Positions 50,765 to 63,825 of a stretch of DNA of 64,000 bases are shown here, piece after piece (positions within the stretch are counted from its first letter, which is position 1; each line of letters begins with the position of its first letter). The stretch spans positions 131,238-195,237 of the forward strand of contig NW_021832384.1 of the NCBI RefSeq assembly GCF_006345805.1. The letters are read 5' to 3'. The notes under the pieces are model-generated. The model was given only the letters and a program-made list of their open reading frames with translations, ran no database searches and was not told the DNA's origin. The position numbers and the translations under genes were made by a program. Source of the stretch: Octopus sinensis. Taxonomy: Eukaryota.

Positions 50765-51488
50765 TTGCCGCGACTTTTGACGCCTGACCAAAAGCATACC
50801 AGGCCTGTCATGTCGCAATCGAACTTGGCAATTTTTGAAGCAAATCCAGCCGATTTTCTTGAATGTTTCCTCACCCAAGATCAATGTTGGGTTCACCACT
50901 TTGAGCCAGAGACCAAACAGCAGAGCATGCAGTGGAAACACCCGTCTTCTCCCCCATTAAAGAAGGCCAAAGTGGTGTCATCGGCAGGAAAGGTGATGGC
51001 CTCAGCCTTCTGGGATGCAAAGGGCATTGTGTTCATTAACTACCTTTAGAAAAGGCATACTATCAATGGAGAATACTATGCCGACTTGCTGAGGTTGATG
51101 CGAAAAGCAATGAAGTCAAAACAGCCTGAAAAACTGACGAAAGGTGTCCTGCTCCAACAGTACAATACCCCTGCAGACAAGTGTGTGGTTGCAATGGCTG
51201 TTGTGCGCGATTATGGCTTTGAACTGGTCGATCACCTTCCATATTCTCCTGCATGAGAAAACACTTGGCTAGAAAGCAGTATCGGACCGATGATGAGGTC
51301 ATATCTGCTGTTGAGGACTTCTTTGAGGGTCAGGATGAGAGTTTCTATACCACTGGGATCTAAGTGCTGCAACACTGACGGAAGAAGTGTATGAACCGCA
51401 GGGGAGACTATGTCGAAAAATAAACCATATTTAATCAAGTTCGACCATTGCATCGTGGTCAGCCTATGAACTTTTCAGCCCACCCTCG
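50765..51488 (+). mobile_element. Mariner transposon remnant (3' half, irritans-like)
   Basis: PRLLTPDQK..WVHHFEPETKQQSMQWKH..AGKVMASAFWDAKGIVF; stops and deletion; right TIR ...cttttcagcccaccctcg|TA. Confidence 0.88.
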
Positions 51489-51845
51489 TATATATATATG
51501 TGTATAAATATATATATATTATATATATATGTATGTTATATATATGTATGTTATAATATATATATTATATATATATATATATATGTATGTTATATATATG
51601 TATGTTATATATATATATATATGTATGTTATATATTATTATATGTATGTTATATATATATATGTATGTTATATATATATGTATGTATATATATATGTATG
51701 TATGTATGTATATATATATATGTATGTTATAATATATATATATATATGTATGTATGTATATAATATATATATATATATGTATGATATATAATATATATAT
51801 GTATGTATATTATATATGTATGTATATTATATATATATATGTATG

Positions 51846-51886
<41 letters not shown>

Positions 51887-51944
51887 ATATATATATTATA
51901 TGTATGTATATTTATATATATGTATATATATGATGTATGTATAC

Positions 51945-52009
<65 letters not shown>

Positions 52010-52255
52010 TATATATGTATGTATGTATGTATATATAATTTAGAGAAAAAACACTATTAAGCAATTCAATAGTGAAAGACATTATTCACACCATATAGAA
52101 AAAATAAGTATACTAAAAAAACCTTACTCTAAAAATCAATAAACAATAAATAGTAAGTAGTAGTAAATATATATTATATATTGTGAAATTTGATTTAGAA
52201 TTGCTAAATTGAATTTTCCCCTGTAAGTTTGGAATTATATTCCCTACTATTATAT

Positions 52256-52331
<76 letters not shown>

Positions 52332-52345
52332 CATATATATATATA

Positions 52346-53505
52346 TGAGGTGGTATCAAAAAGTTTCCGGACTAGTTATGGTTTATAAAAAATAACTTAT
52401 TTACTTAAATTTTAACATCATCTCCTTCGAAATCACCTTACACAGCAATACACAGGTCTCAGCCTTCCTGTCAGTTTTGGAATCTGCCCTGGAATTCGTT
52501 TTCCGTAAGCGAGTCGAGGACCTTCTATAATGCGCTCTTGATCTGCATAGCGCTGTTAAAACGGTGACCTTTGAGCTGCATTTTCATCTTGGGGAAGAGA
52601 TGGAAGTCCGCAGGTGCTAAATCTGGCGAATGGGGTCGATGCAGAAGTGGTACCGTGATGTTTTCAGCGAGAAACTCACGAGCTCGGTGACAAAGTGCAT
52701 GGTCATTGTAAAAAAATTCAATTTTTCGCGTTCCGCAGATTAGCTTTCGTCAAATCCCTCCCCACTCAAACGCTTCAAAACGTCACAGCAGAACTCTCAA
52801 TTGCCGGTCTGGCCTTGGGGACCGAATTCTCGATGCACAATACCGCGGATGTCGAAATTAACAGTGAGCATGCTCTTAAATGGGCTGCAACTCTGTCGTT
52901 CTTTCTTCAGCCTTCGAGATGAAGGGCTCTTTGATTTGGACGATAGCGGCTTCGTCTCAGGGTCGTACCCATCGACCCAACTCTCGTTCCCCGTGATGAT
53001 ACATGACATGAAGGATAGATTTCAACGCGATGTTCTTTATGCTCTGTGGTTAGTAGGCGGAGAGACAAACTCGGTAGAGACACGCCGCATGTTCAATCCA
53101 GACACTAGAATTGCCTGCACAGCCCCTTACGACAGACCAACATCATCAGCAGCAATGTTGTTGATTATTCTACGACGATCCTCATACGTAAGGTGATGAA
53201 TTTTATCCGCATTTCCGGAACTGGCGCTCGTGGCAGGTCTTCCAGATCGCTCATTGTCTTCCAGAGATGTTATTCCGCCTTTGAAGCGCCCGTGCTACTT
53301 GAAACAAACATTGCATACGACCCAATGCCTCGTCGCCGTAAGCTTACCGAAGCATGCTCGATGTCTCTGTAGCAGACTTGCCATGTTTAAAGCAAAATTT
53401 CACGTTGTCCCCTTTGTTCCAACTTCCTGTCCATGACAAAAATTCGCAAACTACAACATACACGTGATCACAAAAATACAAATTTCACAACTTGCCAAGT
53501 AAACA
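52346..53505 (-). mobile_element. Mariner transposon remnant
   Basis: TA|TGAGGTGGTATCAAAAAGTTTCCGG TIR; IITGNESWVDGYDPETK...KSMLTVNFDIRGIVHREF. Confidence 0.85.
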
Positions 53506-53510
53506 CAAAC

Positions 53511-53806
53511 TTGGGGTTGGTTAAAGGAGCAAGTCTGCTCTATCAAACCAATGACTTTAGAAGAACTTGAGGGCGAATACGAGAAGTTATGTCTTCCATC
53601 TTACCAGAGTTCCTGATGAAATCAGTTGATGCAGTTCCCAGACAACTTGACATTCTGGTGGCGAATGCTGGTGCCTCTATCGAATTTTAAATAAAACTCC
53701 ATGCTATACGCTTTCTTCACATATTCATTTTTCTAAATATTACGGTTAATAAAAAAATATATTATAAGTATTTTTAAATAGGGAGTTACTTTTCAATCAC
53801 CCTCTG
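53511..53806 (+). mobile_element. Tc1-like transposase C-terminal fragment with TIR
   Basis: WGWLKEQV..KPMTLEELE remnant; TIR at 53781-53806 matches an isolated TIR at 56714-56737. Confidence 0.65.
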
Positions 53807-53882
53807 TCTGTCTGACTCTCTCTATATTATATATATATATATATAGATATATATATGGGTGTGTGTGATTGTGTATAGAAGA

Positions 53883-54315
53883 ATATATTAATAAAAGGAA
53901 TTCCAACCTTGTCTGATTTTCACGTTTTATTTACAATCTTATAATGATATATTATAAGATAATATAATATAATAGAATAAAATAAAATAGTAGAATGTTA
54001 AATGTTCATTCTGATTGAACTAGTACTTTCATGCATTGAATTCTGCAATCTTCAGGTTAATGTAGTAGTGGTGACGGTCATGCTTCACAATTTTTGACAG
54101 TCAAAAATTGTGAAGCATGACTGTCACCACTACTACATGAACCTGAAGATTGCAGAATTCAATGCATGAAAGTACTAGTTCAATCAGAATGAACATTTAA
54201 CATTCTACTATTTTATTTTATTCTATTATATTATATTATCTTATAATATATCATTATAAGATTGTAAATAAAACGTGAAAATCAGACAAGGTTGGAATTC
54301 CTTTTATTAATATAT
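53883..54315. repeat. 433-bp near-perfect palindrome (216-bp arms, 1-nt spacer, 2 mismatches)
   Basis: Centre at A54099; mismatches at 54059 and 54076. Confidence 0.95.
54138..54182 (+). ncRNA. Minimal type I hammerhead ribozyme candidate
   Basis: TGAAC-CTGAAGA-T-TGCA-GAATTCAA-TGCA-T-GAAA-GTAC-TA-GTTCA: stem I 5 bp, palindromic stem III AGTACT, predicted cleavage after A54177; mirror copy at 54016-54060(-). Confidence 0.7.
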
Positions 54316-54968
54316 ATATATATATATATAATTAGGTCGTCAAGTATGAAATTTGTAGAAAAGAAAAAAAGTTTCCTAATGTTTTATAAATACAAGGAAT
54401 AGTTTTATTCACCAAAGTATGCACCCATATTGTCAATGCACTTTAGCCATTTCAGCGGTAGCTTGTCCAGCCCGGAACTGTAAAAGCTTGGCAATCTAGA
54501 ATCAGTAAAATCTTGGAAGGCCTGTTTTACAGCATTGTCGGAATTAAACTTTTTTCCTATCAAAAAGTTATCCAAATTCTGGAAGAAGTGGTAGCCAGTG
54601 GAGGCAAGATCAGGTGAGTATGGTGGATGATGGAGAACTTCCAACTCCAGCTTCTGTAGTTTCGCCAATGTCATTTTTGCGACGTGTGGTCTGGCGTTGT
54701 CTTGCAATAAAATATAAGTGGATCTGTTGACTAACCTGTTTTTGTTTTTTGGAAGTTTCTGAATCATTTGGTCCAGCTGGCTGCAATATACTTCAGCTAT
54801 GATTGATGAGCCAGGTTTAATGAAATCATAATGGATCACATCTGCGCCAAACCACCAAACAAACACCATCAGCTTCTTTTGATGAATTTTGCCTTTTGGC
54901 CTGTGTTCTGGTGGCTCGTCTTTGTCCAACCATTTTGCTGAACGTTTACGGTTACTGTATTGGATCCA

Positions 54969-55350
54969 GTGGAGGCGCAATGGCCCAGTGGTTAGGGCAG
55001 CGGACTCGCGGTCGTAGGACCGCGGTTTCGATTCCCAGACCGGGCGTTGTGAGTGTTTATTGAGCGAAAACACCTAAAGCTTCACGAGGCTCCGGCAGAG
55101 ATGGTGGTGGTCCCTGTTGTACTCTTTCACCACAACTTTCTCTCACTCTTACTTCCTGTTTCTGTTGTACCTGTATTTCAAAGGGCCGGCCTTGTCACTC
55201 TCTGTGTCACGCTGAATATCCCCGAGAACTATGTTAAGGGTACACGTGTCTGTGGAGTGCTCAGCCACTTACACGTTAATTTCACGAGCAGGCTGTTCCG
55301 TTGATCGGATCAACCGGAACCCTCATCGTCGTAACCGACGGAGTGCTTCC
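54969..55350 (+). mobile_element. tRNA-derived SINE family D inserted in the mariner ORF
   Basis: 15-bp TSD actgtattggatcca at 54954-54968 and 55351-55365; A-box tggcccagtgg, B-box ggtttcgattccc. Confidence 0.95.
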
Positions 55351-55837
55351 ACTGTATTGGATCCATTTCTCATCACATGTTACAATTCGATAAAAAAAAT
55401 GATTAATTTTTGTGACGAGAAAGTAGCCTAATGCAGCCTCCCAAACGATGCTGTCTCTGATTTTCATTGAGTTCATGTGGAGCCCACTTAACCAACTTTT
55501 CATTTTACTGATTTGAACTAGGTGAGTCGATATTGTTTGCTTGCTAACACTAAACAAACAATGATAATTCACGGGCACTTTGAGATGGATCTACGTTTGT
55601 TTCTGGTCGATTGTGTTGCTCATTTGTGAGGCCAAAGTTACCAGAACGAAATTCTGCAAACCAATTTGATACTATCTGCTGTGTAATAACATTAGAATGA
55701 AATACTCCATTAATATTCCGAGCTTTCTCTGATGCTGTATTTCCAAGAAACAACTCATATTTTAAAACTACGAATTTCTGACATATCCATCTCTAAAGAA
55801 AAATAGGAAAAGAAAAAAAAAACAATTTATAGAATTT

Positions 55838-56135
55838 ACTAGCAGTATCGCCCGGCGTTGCTCGGGTTTGTAAGGGAAATAACTATACAAGTATTATTAG
55901 AGAGTTATAGCCAAAAAATAGCAAAAAAATGCATTAAAAATGGAAAAAAAATGATGGTAAATTTTTTTTAAATCGTAGACTCATCGTAGACGCGCGCTAA
56001 TACCCAGAAGGGCTCGATATGAATCACGACTATAAAATACCCGCTTTTGGTTAAACTGCACCGCAAAATATGGGAGTAGTTAGGAATCTAAATCGTAGGA
56101 GACAGACACACAACTTCACTTTTATATATAAAGAT
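55838..56135. mobile_element. Lep1/DINE-1-like Helentron-associated element
   Basis: ACTAGCAGTATCGCCCGGCGTTGCTCGGG...gacagacacacaacttcacttttatatataaagat terminal layout. Confidence 0.65.
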
Positions 56136-56197
56136 AAATACTTTCAGAAATACTAAATTTCTAAATCTCTCGTAGAGACATGTACGGTGGTGGGGCG

Positions 56198-56395
56198 ATA
56201 GAATGGTTGCATACTGTCAATCTAACACGAACGTGACAGTAGGGGGGTACACCACCGCTGTTTAGCCCTAGGAAGCATCGACGCCTCCTGATGTCAAAGC
56301 CATCAGGAGGCGTCGATGCTTCGTAGGGCTAAACAACGGTGGTGTACCCCCTACTGTCACGTTCGTGTTAGATTGACAGTATACAACCATTCTAT
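56198..56395. repeat. GC-rich 198-bp palindrome (~95-bp arms, 7-nt loop)
   Basis: Arms differ at 4 positions; loop tcaaagc at 56294-56300. Confidence 0.93.
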
Positions 56396-56663
56396 AAATA
56401 CTTTATAAAGCACAAAATGAGTTAGAATAAAGAAATAGATGTATCATCTTTCTAACAAAAAATAATGATTGTCAAAATATAATAATGGCGCGAAATGAGA
56501 AGCTGTCAAAGTTTACCATATACCTTACTACAAATTTCATACTTGACGACCTAATACATACATACATACATACATACATACATACATACATACATACATA
56601 CATACATACACACACACACATATATATATATATACAAAATATATACATATACATTTAGACACA

Positions 56664-56715
<52 letters not shown>

Positions 56716-57480
56716 GGGTGATTGAAAAGTAACTTCCTGTTCTATATTTAAGAGATGAGTAATTATGTACATTATTTACATTATTTACATTCGACGGATG
56801 TAAAAATCACTTGACAACCGATGTTGTTGTGTTTATGTCCCCGTAACTTAGCGGTTCAGCAAAAAAGATCGATAAAATAAGTACCAGGCTTACAAAGAAT
56901 AAATCCTGGGATCGATTAGTTCGACTAAAGGTAGTACTCCACCATGGCCGCAGTCAATATATATATACCGGTTTCACATTAGATTTTCAAAAATGTATAA
57001 TGCACGGAGTTGAGTTATGGACATTATTCGTGACATAGCTCTGCAAACTATACACTTATGAAAATCTAACGTGAAACCGGTAAAGTGTATTCCTATACTT
57101 TAAAATTTAATTAAATTGATTCCTATGGTAATTTCTATATATACGGACAGAGTAGAATCCAGCTTCTGTGGCTAAATGATTTTTTGACTCTTATTTCTAG
57201 CAATGCTGGTGCTCCCTGCACCCATCGTCACATTTTAGTGACGGTGAATTATTTCCTTTTTTTGTTTTGAATTGCGTCAAACCACCTTAATTATCTTATA
57301 ATTTTCACACTACTATTCTGCGGAATCAGCCACTGATTCCTATGGTAAATTCTATATATACTGACGGGGTAGAATTTAATTTCACCACCCGCAATGGATT
57401 AAGCATTAGTGGTGAACATTAAATTTCATGCGAAATTGGCATACCAATCTAATGCCTCGCAATTGCGGTGTGGAAAATTC

Positions 57481-57792
57481 AGGCGAAATTCTTAGCGGTA
57501 TTTTGTCTGTCTTTACGTTCTGAGTTCAAATTCCACCGAGGTCGACTTTGCCTTTCATCCTTTCGGAGTCGATAAATTAAGTACCAGTTACGCACTGGAG
57601 TCGATGTAATCGACTTAATCCTTTTGTCTGTCCTTGTTCGTCTCCTCTGTGTTTAACCCCTTGTGGATAATAAAGAAATAGGTATTTCGTTTGCCGCTAC
57701 GTTCTAAGTTCAAATTCCGCCGAGGTCGACTTTGCCTTTCATCCCTTCGGGGTCGATTAAATAAGTACCAGTTATGCACTGGGGTCGATATG
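57481..57792 (+). mobile_element. Family B SINE dimer (headless)
   Basis: Anchors at 57497 and 57681; a similar partial dimer at 58955-59290. Confidence 0.85.
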
Positions 57793-58416
57793 AGTTTCTA
57801 ACCTAGTTCAGTCGCTTCCTTACCTATTTTTACATGTCCCTGTAAATTTTGGAGCCAATCGGACCCATCTAGCGTCACTTAAGAACGTTCCCAGCCCCAA
57901 ATGAGACAAACAAATTTTTCGCATTTCAGCTTTATATTGTTTCATGGGAAAGGATTGAAAGAAGAGTTTCGTGTTCGTTTCCACCGTTTTCCAACTGTGT
58001 ACTTACAACTCCTTGAATCAACTTATCAGAACTTTGCTATTACCTTGGGTGAAACTGTGGTTGACGTAGATAAACTGATTGCATCTTCATTCGAGATGAC
58101 CTGATTCAGTTCTGAGGCAGGTAAATATTAGCGATATCTCAGAAAAAAATATGGAGTTTCGTTCTTTCAGCTGTAGTCAGTATTTCGCCGTCAGTCAGTC
58201 TGTTTGTTTGTCTGTCTGTCTGTCTGTCAGTCTCTCTCTCACGCAGGCACACACATACACACGTATACACATATACACACAAACAAACTATATATTGTAA
58301 AGAGCATATTTAAAGGGCTTTCAAATTTCACTTATCGGCAGCTTTAGCCGTTATTTTTAAAAGCACTTTAAAATGATAACATTATTTTAACACATACGCA
58401 CACACACGCACGCACG

Positions 58417-58470
<54 letters not shown>

Positions 58471-58808
58471 AATATACATATACGTATGTCATCTCTTGGC
58501 AACACACCTATCTGTACATATTCTCACAACCACCACCACTTCCACGACCATTACTACCATCACTTTTTTCCTACATTTTCTGATCTCTCTCTCTCTCTCT
58601 CTCCCATTTCTCTCTCTTACGCACACAAACATAAACATAGGCATGCAGAGGCGCACACGCATGAAATAATAATTACAGTCTCTTGTGAACAGCTAACTAA
58701 AACTCTTCGTTAATAAGACGGAGCAAGAAGAGTTCATTGAGTTCAGTATTCCTAATGACTATCGACTCTATCGTTTTGAGTCAGGGCTTCATTTCACAAG
58801 AGAGAAAG

Positions 58809-58883
<75 letters not shown>

Positions 58884-60730
58884 GCGGCGGAGAGAAGAGG
58901 TTGGTAGGGAGGTGTTCTAGCTCTTGTTGTACTTCCTTATAATTATCAGTCTTGCAAGGCAGCGAGCTGGTAGAATCATTAGCGCGCTGGGCGAAATGCA
59001 TAACCGTATTTCGTCTACCGTTACGTTCCGAGTTCAAATTCCGCCGAAGTCGACTTTACCTTTCATCCTTTCTGGGTCGATTAAATAAGTACCAGTTATG
59101 CACTGGAGTCGATGTAAAGAACTTAATCCGTTTGTCTGTCCTTGTTTGTCCGCTCTGTGTTTAGCCCCTTGTGGGTAGTAAAGAAATAGAAATAGGTATT
59201 TCGTCTGCCGCTACGTTCTGAGATCAAATTCCGCTGAGGTCGACTTTGCCTTTTATCCTTCCAAAATTTGGGGTCTTGTGCCTAGAGTAGAAAAGAATAT
59301 ATATGTATATATATATATATATATATCTATATATATATATATATATGTAGTAATAACAATAATAATCCTTGGATAGAATTTATAAACATTTAATGCATCG
59401 CTACGTGCATTTCCATAAATCACATGTCTCTTAAGATCACAGTTGATTAGAGTGCAGTTCGTAGCATCCGTGGACATCGGGTAGATCATCTTCATGGATT
59501 CATCTCTTCAGGCGTTATAACATTAATAGTCGTTTAACAGAGGATTGTTTATTCATGTGCAGGCATACACACACACACACACACACACGCATACACACAC
59601 ACACGCATACATACACACACTTTATTGTTCCGTTAAGGTCAGATCAACAAAAAAGTTCTCCATGCAGTGAGCGATAAATATCCATTAATATGCACTGCAT
59701 TTAAATAAGATGTACTAACAGTTTCTTGTCATTAAGGCATATGGTTCGGCTGGTTTTGAAACGTGCCTTGTAACTGCAAACAGTCTCAGACTCTGAGCTA
59801 ATGGTTTGTTCTGTTTGAAAACCAGGACGCTGTTACCTGAGAAACCACGAGAAAAAACGTGAAGAAGCTTGATGCAAAAAGTTGAATGAGAAGATTAAGG
59901 GCGAATAAAAGCGGAAAAAGTAAGGAAAGAAAAGAAAATTAGAGTGATGGTTGAAGTCATAATTAATCAGTCCTTAAAGAATAATTCAGCGGATAGGGGT
60001 CCAATGTCTGCAAGACAGCTGCTCAATCCGGAGAGGGTAGTGTTCGTCAAAAGAAAATTGCCCATTTGCTTACACTTTCAGCAAGCATATGAGCTCAATT
60101 TTATGACCCCGAAAGGATGAAAGCCTTTCGGGGTCATAAAAAGCAGATGAGTAATGAGGTCGATGTAATCGACTTAACTACTCTCCCTAAATTGCTGGCC
60201 TTGTACCAAAAATTTGAAACCAATATTACGCTACAAAAAAAATCTCTCAAAAATTTGACAAAAGAAGCTTTGGAGCATAACATTTTTCTTCTCAAAAAAT
60301 TGTAAATCTTCAATGATGTTTAATAATACAAAACTTTACATCACAATCCATAGATTAAAAAGTATTTAGAAATTCACGAATTTGGAACTCGTTACTGACT
60401 ACTCGCGCATATTAAAACGATACGGTACAAGCTTGATAGTAACTTTATTTATTATATATTTTTTTCATATCTTTAAAATTATTATTATTATTATATTATG
60501 AGCACTATCATAATGGCATCAATTTCTAATAAAACATTAAATTATCGCAGAAAGTGAGCGATATTTTCGAGAATGATGGCCCTGCACAATATAATGTTGT
60601 TGATTGGGGCGATAAAGTTCGTTGTAATTTTCTGAACGCCATCATAACAGCATCATCTGTTTACGCAAAAAAAAACAAAAAAAAATACAAGAAAAAAAAT
60701 ACGGAAGATTAAATTTTCGCAGAAAGGAAA

Positions 60731-60806
<76 letters not shown>

Positions 60807-61004
60807 GATGTTTTTCTAGATTTATAGATTTAATAATATGGCGTCGTGGCTATGGTTGATAAAGTTCGTTGCATATTTTGTGAGGATTTGTTTTCGAGTA
60901 GAACTGAGAACGTTAAAAGGCATTTTGACATTAAAGCACCAATCGATTTTTCTTCAAGAGTGCACAATATATAAAGATATATATATATATATACAAATAT
61001 ATAT

Positions 61005-61114
<110 letters not shown>

Positions 61115-61814
61115 CGAAAGCGATATATATTACACACACACACACACTTAGAGCAATACACATACACACAGATGTGTGAGTGTGACTGTGTATGCGTGTG
61201 CGACGGGTGTATGTGTGTGAGTGCGTATATATGTATGTCATATATATGTATATATATTTATATATTATATTATATATATATATATATATATACATACATA
61301 CATATGCACACGCACACACACACACGATGATTCGCATATGAATTCCTACGTCCTGGAAGATTCCGCAATATGTTAATCACTGCGTATTCGTCACAGAATA
61401 GTTTATATAATTCTCACACAGACGCGCACACACATACACACAACATACACACAACATACACACGCACGCACGCACACAAACATGTAAAAAAATATATATA
61501 AATATATATATATATATTATATTATATATATCTTGATAATACTAAAACTCTAGGGATGTTTGTGTGTTACTGAAATAGCTCAGAAATAATGTGTATTTTA
61601 TACTACTTTACTTGTTTGAGTAATTTGATTGTGGCCATGCTGGAGCACCGCCTTTAGTCAAGCAAATGGACCCCAGGACTTATTCTTTGTAAGCCTAGTA
61701 CTTATTCTATCGGTCTCTTTTGCAGAATCGGTAAGTTACGGGGATGTAAACACACCAGCATGGTTGTCAAGCGATGTTGGGTGACAAACACAGACGCACA
61801 AACATACACACACG

Positions 61815-61849
<35 letters not shown>

Positions 61850-62614
61850 TATATATATAAATACATATATACGACGGGCTTCTTTCAGTTTCCGTCTACC
61901 ACATCCACTCACAAGGCTATGGACGGCCCGAGGCTATAGTAGAAGACACTTGCCTAAGGTGCTACGCAGTGATACTAAACCCGGAACCATGTGGTTGGTA
62001 AGCAAGTTACTTACCACACAGTCTCTCCTTATCTTAAGTTTTTTTACATATTTATTTTCAAACTTATCTTCGGCAGTGCTGTACAAATTTTTGTGACATT
62101 TGGACCTTTATTTAAACGATTAAACACAATTATTATTATTTCTTGATAAAAAAATACAAGGCTTCCAGGGCGTCATCACACATACAGAATGCACACACAT
62201 ATAATGAATGTCATGACGTGTCAATCAGCACAAATACACGTTCGCTATCTGTGACATATACACACACATTGTCTTCGCGGACTCTAAGGAAAAAAAGACC
62301 ATCGACTTTTTGACGTACACAATATTTTAATCATTTAGATATATTTTTAACTAAATGTGATTTCATCATCTGGAGTTCGTTAATTTCCGTAATTTTAATT
62401 TTTTTTTATTTACTTTTGTTTTAAAGTGAAAGATAGGAGAAAGTGAAGTGTATGTACGCATATATGAAGTGTGTACGCATATATAAGGTGTGTGTGTAAG
62501 AGAGAGAGAGAGAGGAGAGAGAGAGAGAAAGAAAAAGAGTGACAAAGTGAGTTAAGGGGTGTGTTGTCATGTATACATAGATTCATCAATACATATGCAT
62601 ACATCAGATAGGGC

Positions 62615-62900
62615 AGGATAAAATGGAACGAAAAGTAAAGAAATATTGCAGCACTAGAAAAGCTGAATGTTCAGAAAGGTAGTGATGAGAATTAAGTTCA
62701 CAAAGCTATCGTATTTTGGACATACGATGACTAAGAGTCATTGTCCAAGACCATCCTGTCAAGAAGTGTGAAAGGAAAGAGAGCAAGAAGACAACAAAGC
62801 TGTTTGTGGATGGACTCACAACATCAAAGTATGGACTGGAAACAAGAGCCAGACGGTTGATTGTATACCCAGAGGGAACTGGGGAATCTTGAAGTCTTGG
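62615..62900 (+). pseudogene. Highly decayed RTE-like RT C-terminal fragment
   Basis: ...KLSYFGHTM...WTHNIKVWTG remnant resembling RKLQYFGHIMR/WLDNIKEWTG. Confidence 0.55.
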
Positions 62901-63302
62901 TAATCCAAACCCTGGACTCAAGGAGAGTATCTGGCTGATACTGAGGTCATGATAAAGATTGTCAATCTGACAGATGATCGGGAAAGGTTTATAAGGAAAT
63001 TTCAATTTATTTTTAAACAATCCTTTAAATGCTTTACTAAGATTGATTCACTGAGATTTCTATTCTACTGAACTGGACCCTCAACGCTATCTTATTATAT
63101 TTTCATAATTAGATATTATTAAGAATTGTATAAGAAATTGTTAAAAATATTTTATAGCGAATTTATTGCCACAAAAGCTAATAAGGATCCCTAATTGAAA
63201 ACTACCTATTCTTGATGAAATAAGAATAGATTGAACGATCAAGCCATGCTAGTGTCAAAATTCAGCCAATATAAATTCTCTTAAGATATTTTGTTCTGTC
63301 TG

Positions 63303-63825
63303 AAGGCGGTGAGCTGGTAGAATCGTTAGTACGCCGGGCGAAATGCTTAGCGGTATTTCGTCTGCTGTTACGTTCTGAGTTCAAATTCCCCCGAGGTCGA
63401 CTTTGCCTTTCATCCTTTCGGGGTCGATAAATTAAGTACAAGTTACGCACTGGGATCGATGTCTGTCCTCTCTGTGTTTAGCCCCTTGTGGGTAGTAAAG
63501 AAATAGGTATTTCGTCTGCCGTTACGTTCTGAGTTCAAATTCCTCCGAGGTCGACTTTGCCTTTCATCCTTTCGGGGTCGATTAAATATGTACCAGTTAC
63601 TGGGGTCGATATAATCGACTCAGTCCGTTTGTCTGTCGTTGTTCGTCCGCTCTGTGTTTAGCCTTTTGTGGGTAGTAACGAAATAGGTATTTCGTCTGCC
63701 GCTACGTTCTGAGTTCAAATTCCGCCGAGGTCGTCTTTTCCTTTCATCCTTTCGGGGTCGATAAATTAAGTACCAGTTGAGTACTGTGGTCGATGAAATC
63801 GACTATCCCCATCCCCAAATTTGAA
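63303..63825 (+). mobile_element. Family B SINE trimer
   Basis: Anchors at 63352, 63506, 63686, with the same gaaata|ggtatttc junction. Confidence 0.88.

Larger units (their letters stand above)
54332..56554 (-). mobile_element. Full-length but dead mariner (DD34D) with nested insertions
   Basis: TIRs ttaggtcgtcaagtatgaaatttgtag at 54332-54358 and 56528-56554; transposase from ~55790 to 54405 with TCDEKW, LQDNARPH and YSPDLASTG (third catalytic D changed to G); frameshifts. Confidence 0.93.

Noticed and set aside
49600-52050. Many YI/MY/VC-rich ORFs (also 1.3-1.9 kb, 37.6 kb, 40.5 kb, 61 kb)
   Set aside because: Microsatellite translations.
54969-55045. tRNA-like A/B boxes
   Set aside because: SINE head with TSDs, not a tRNA gene; no complete cloverleaf tRNA was found in the window.
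59253-59495. 80-aa - strand ORF in unique DNA
   Set aside because: No recognisable homology or splice partners; runs into a microsatellite.
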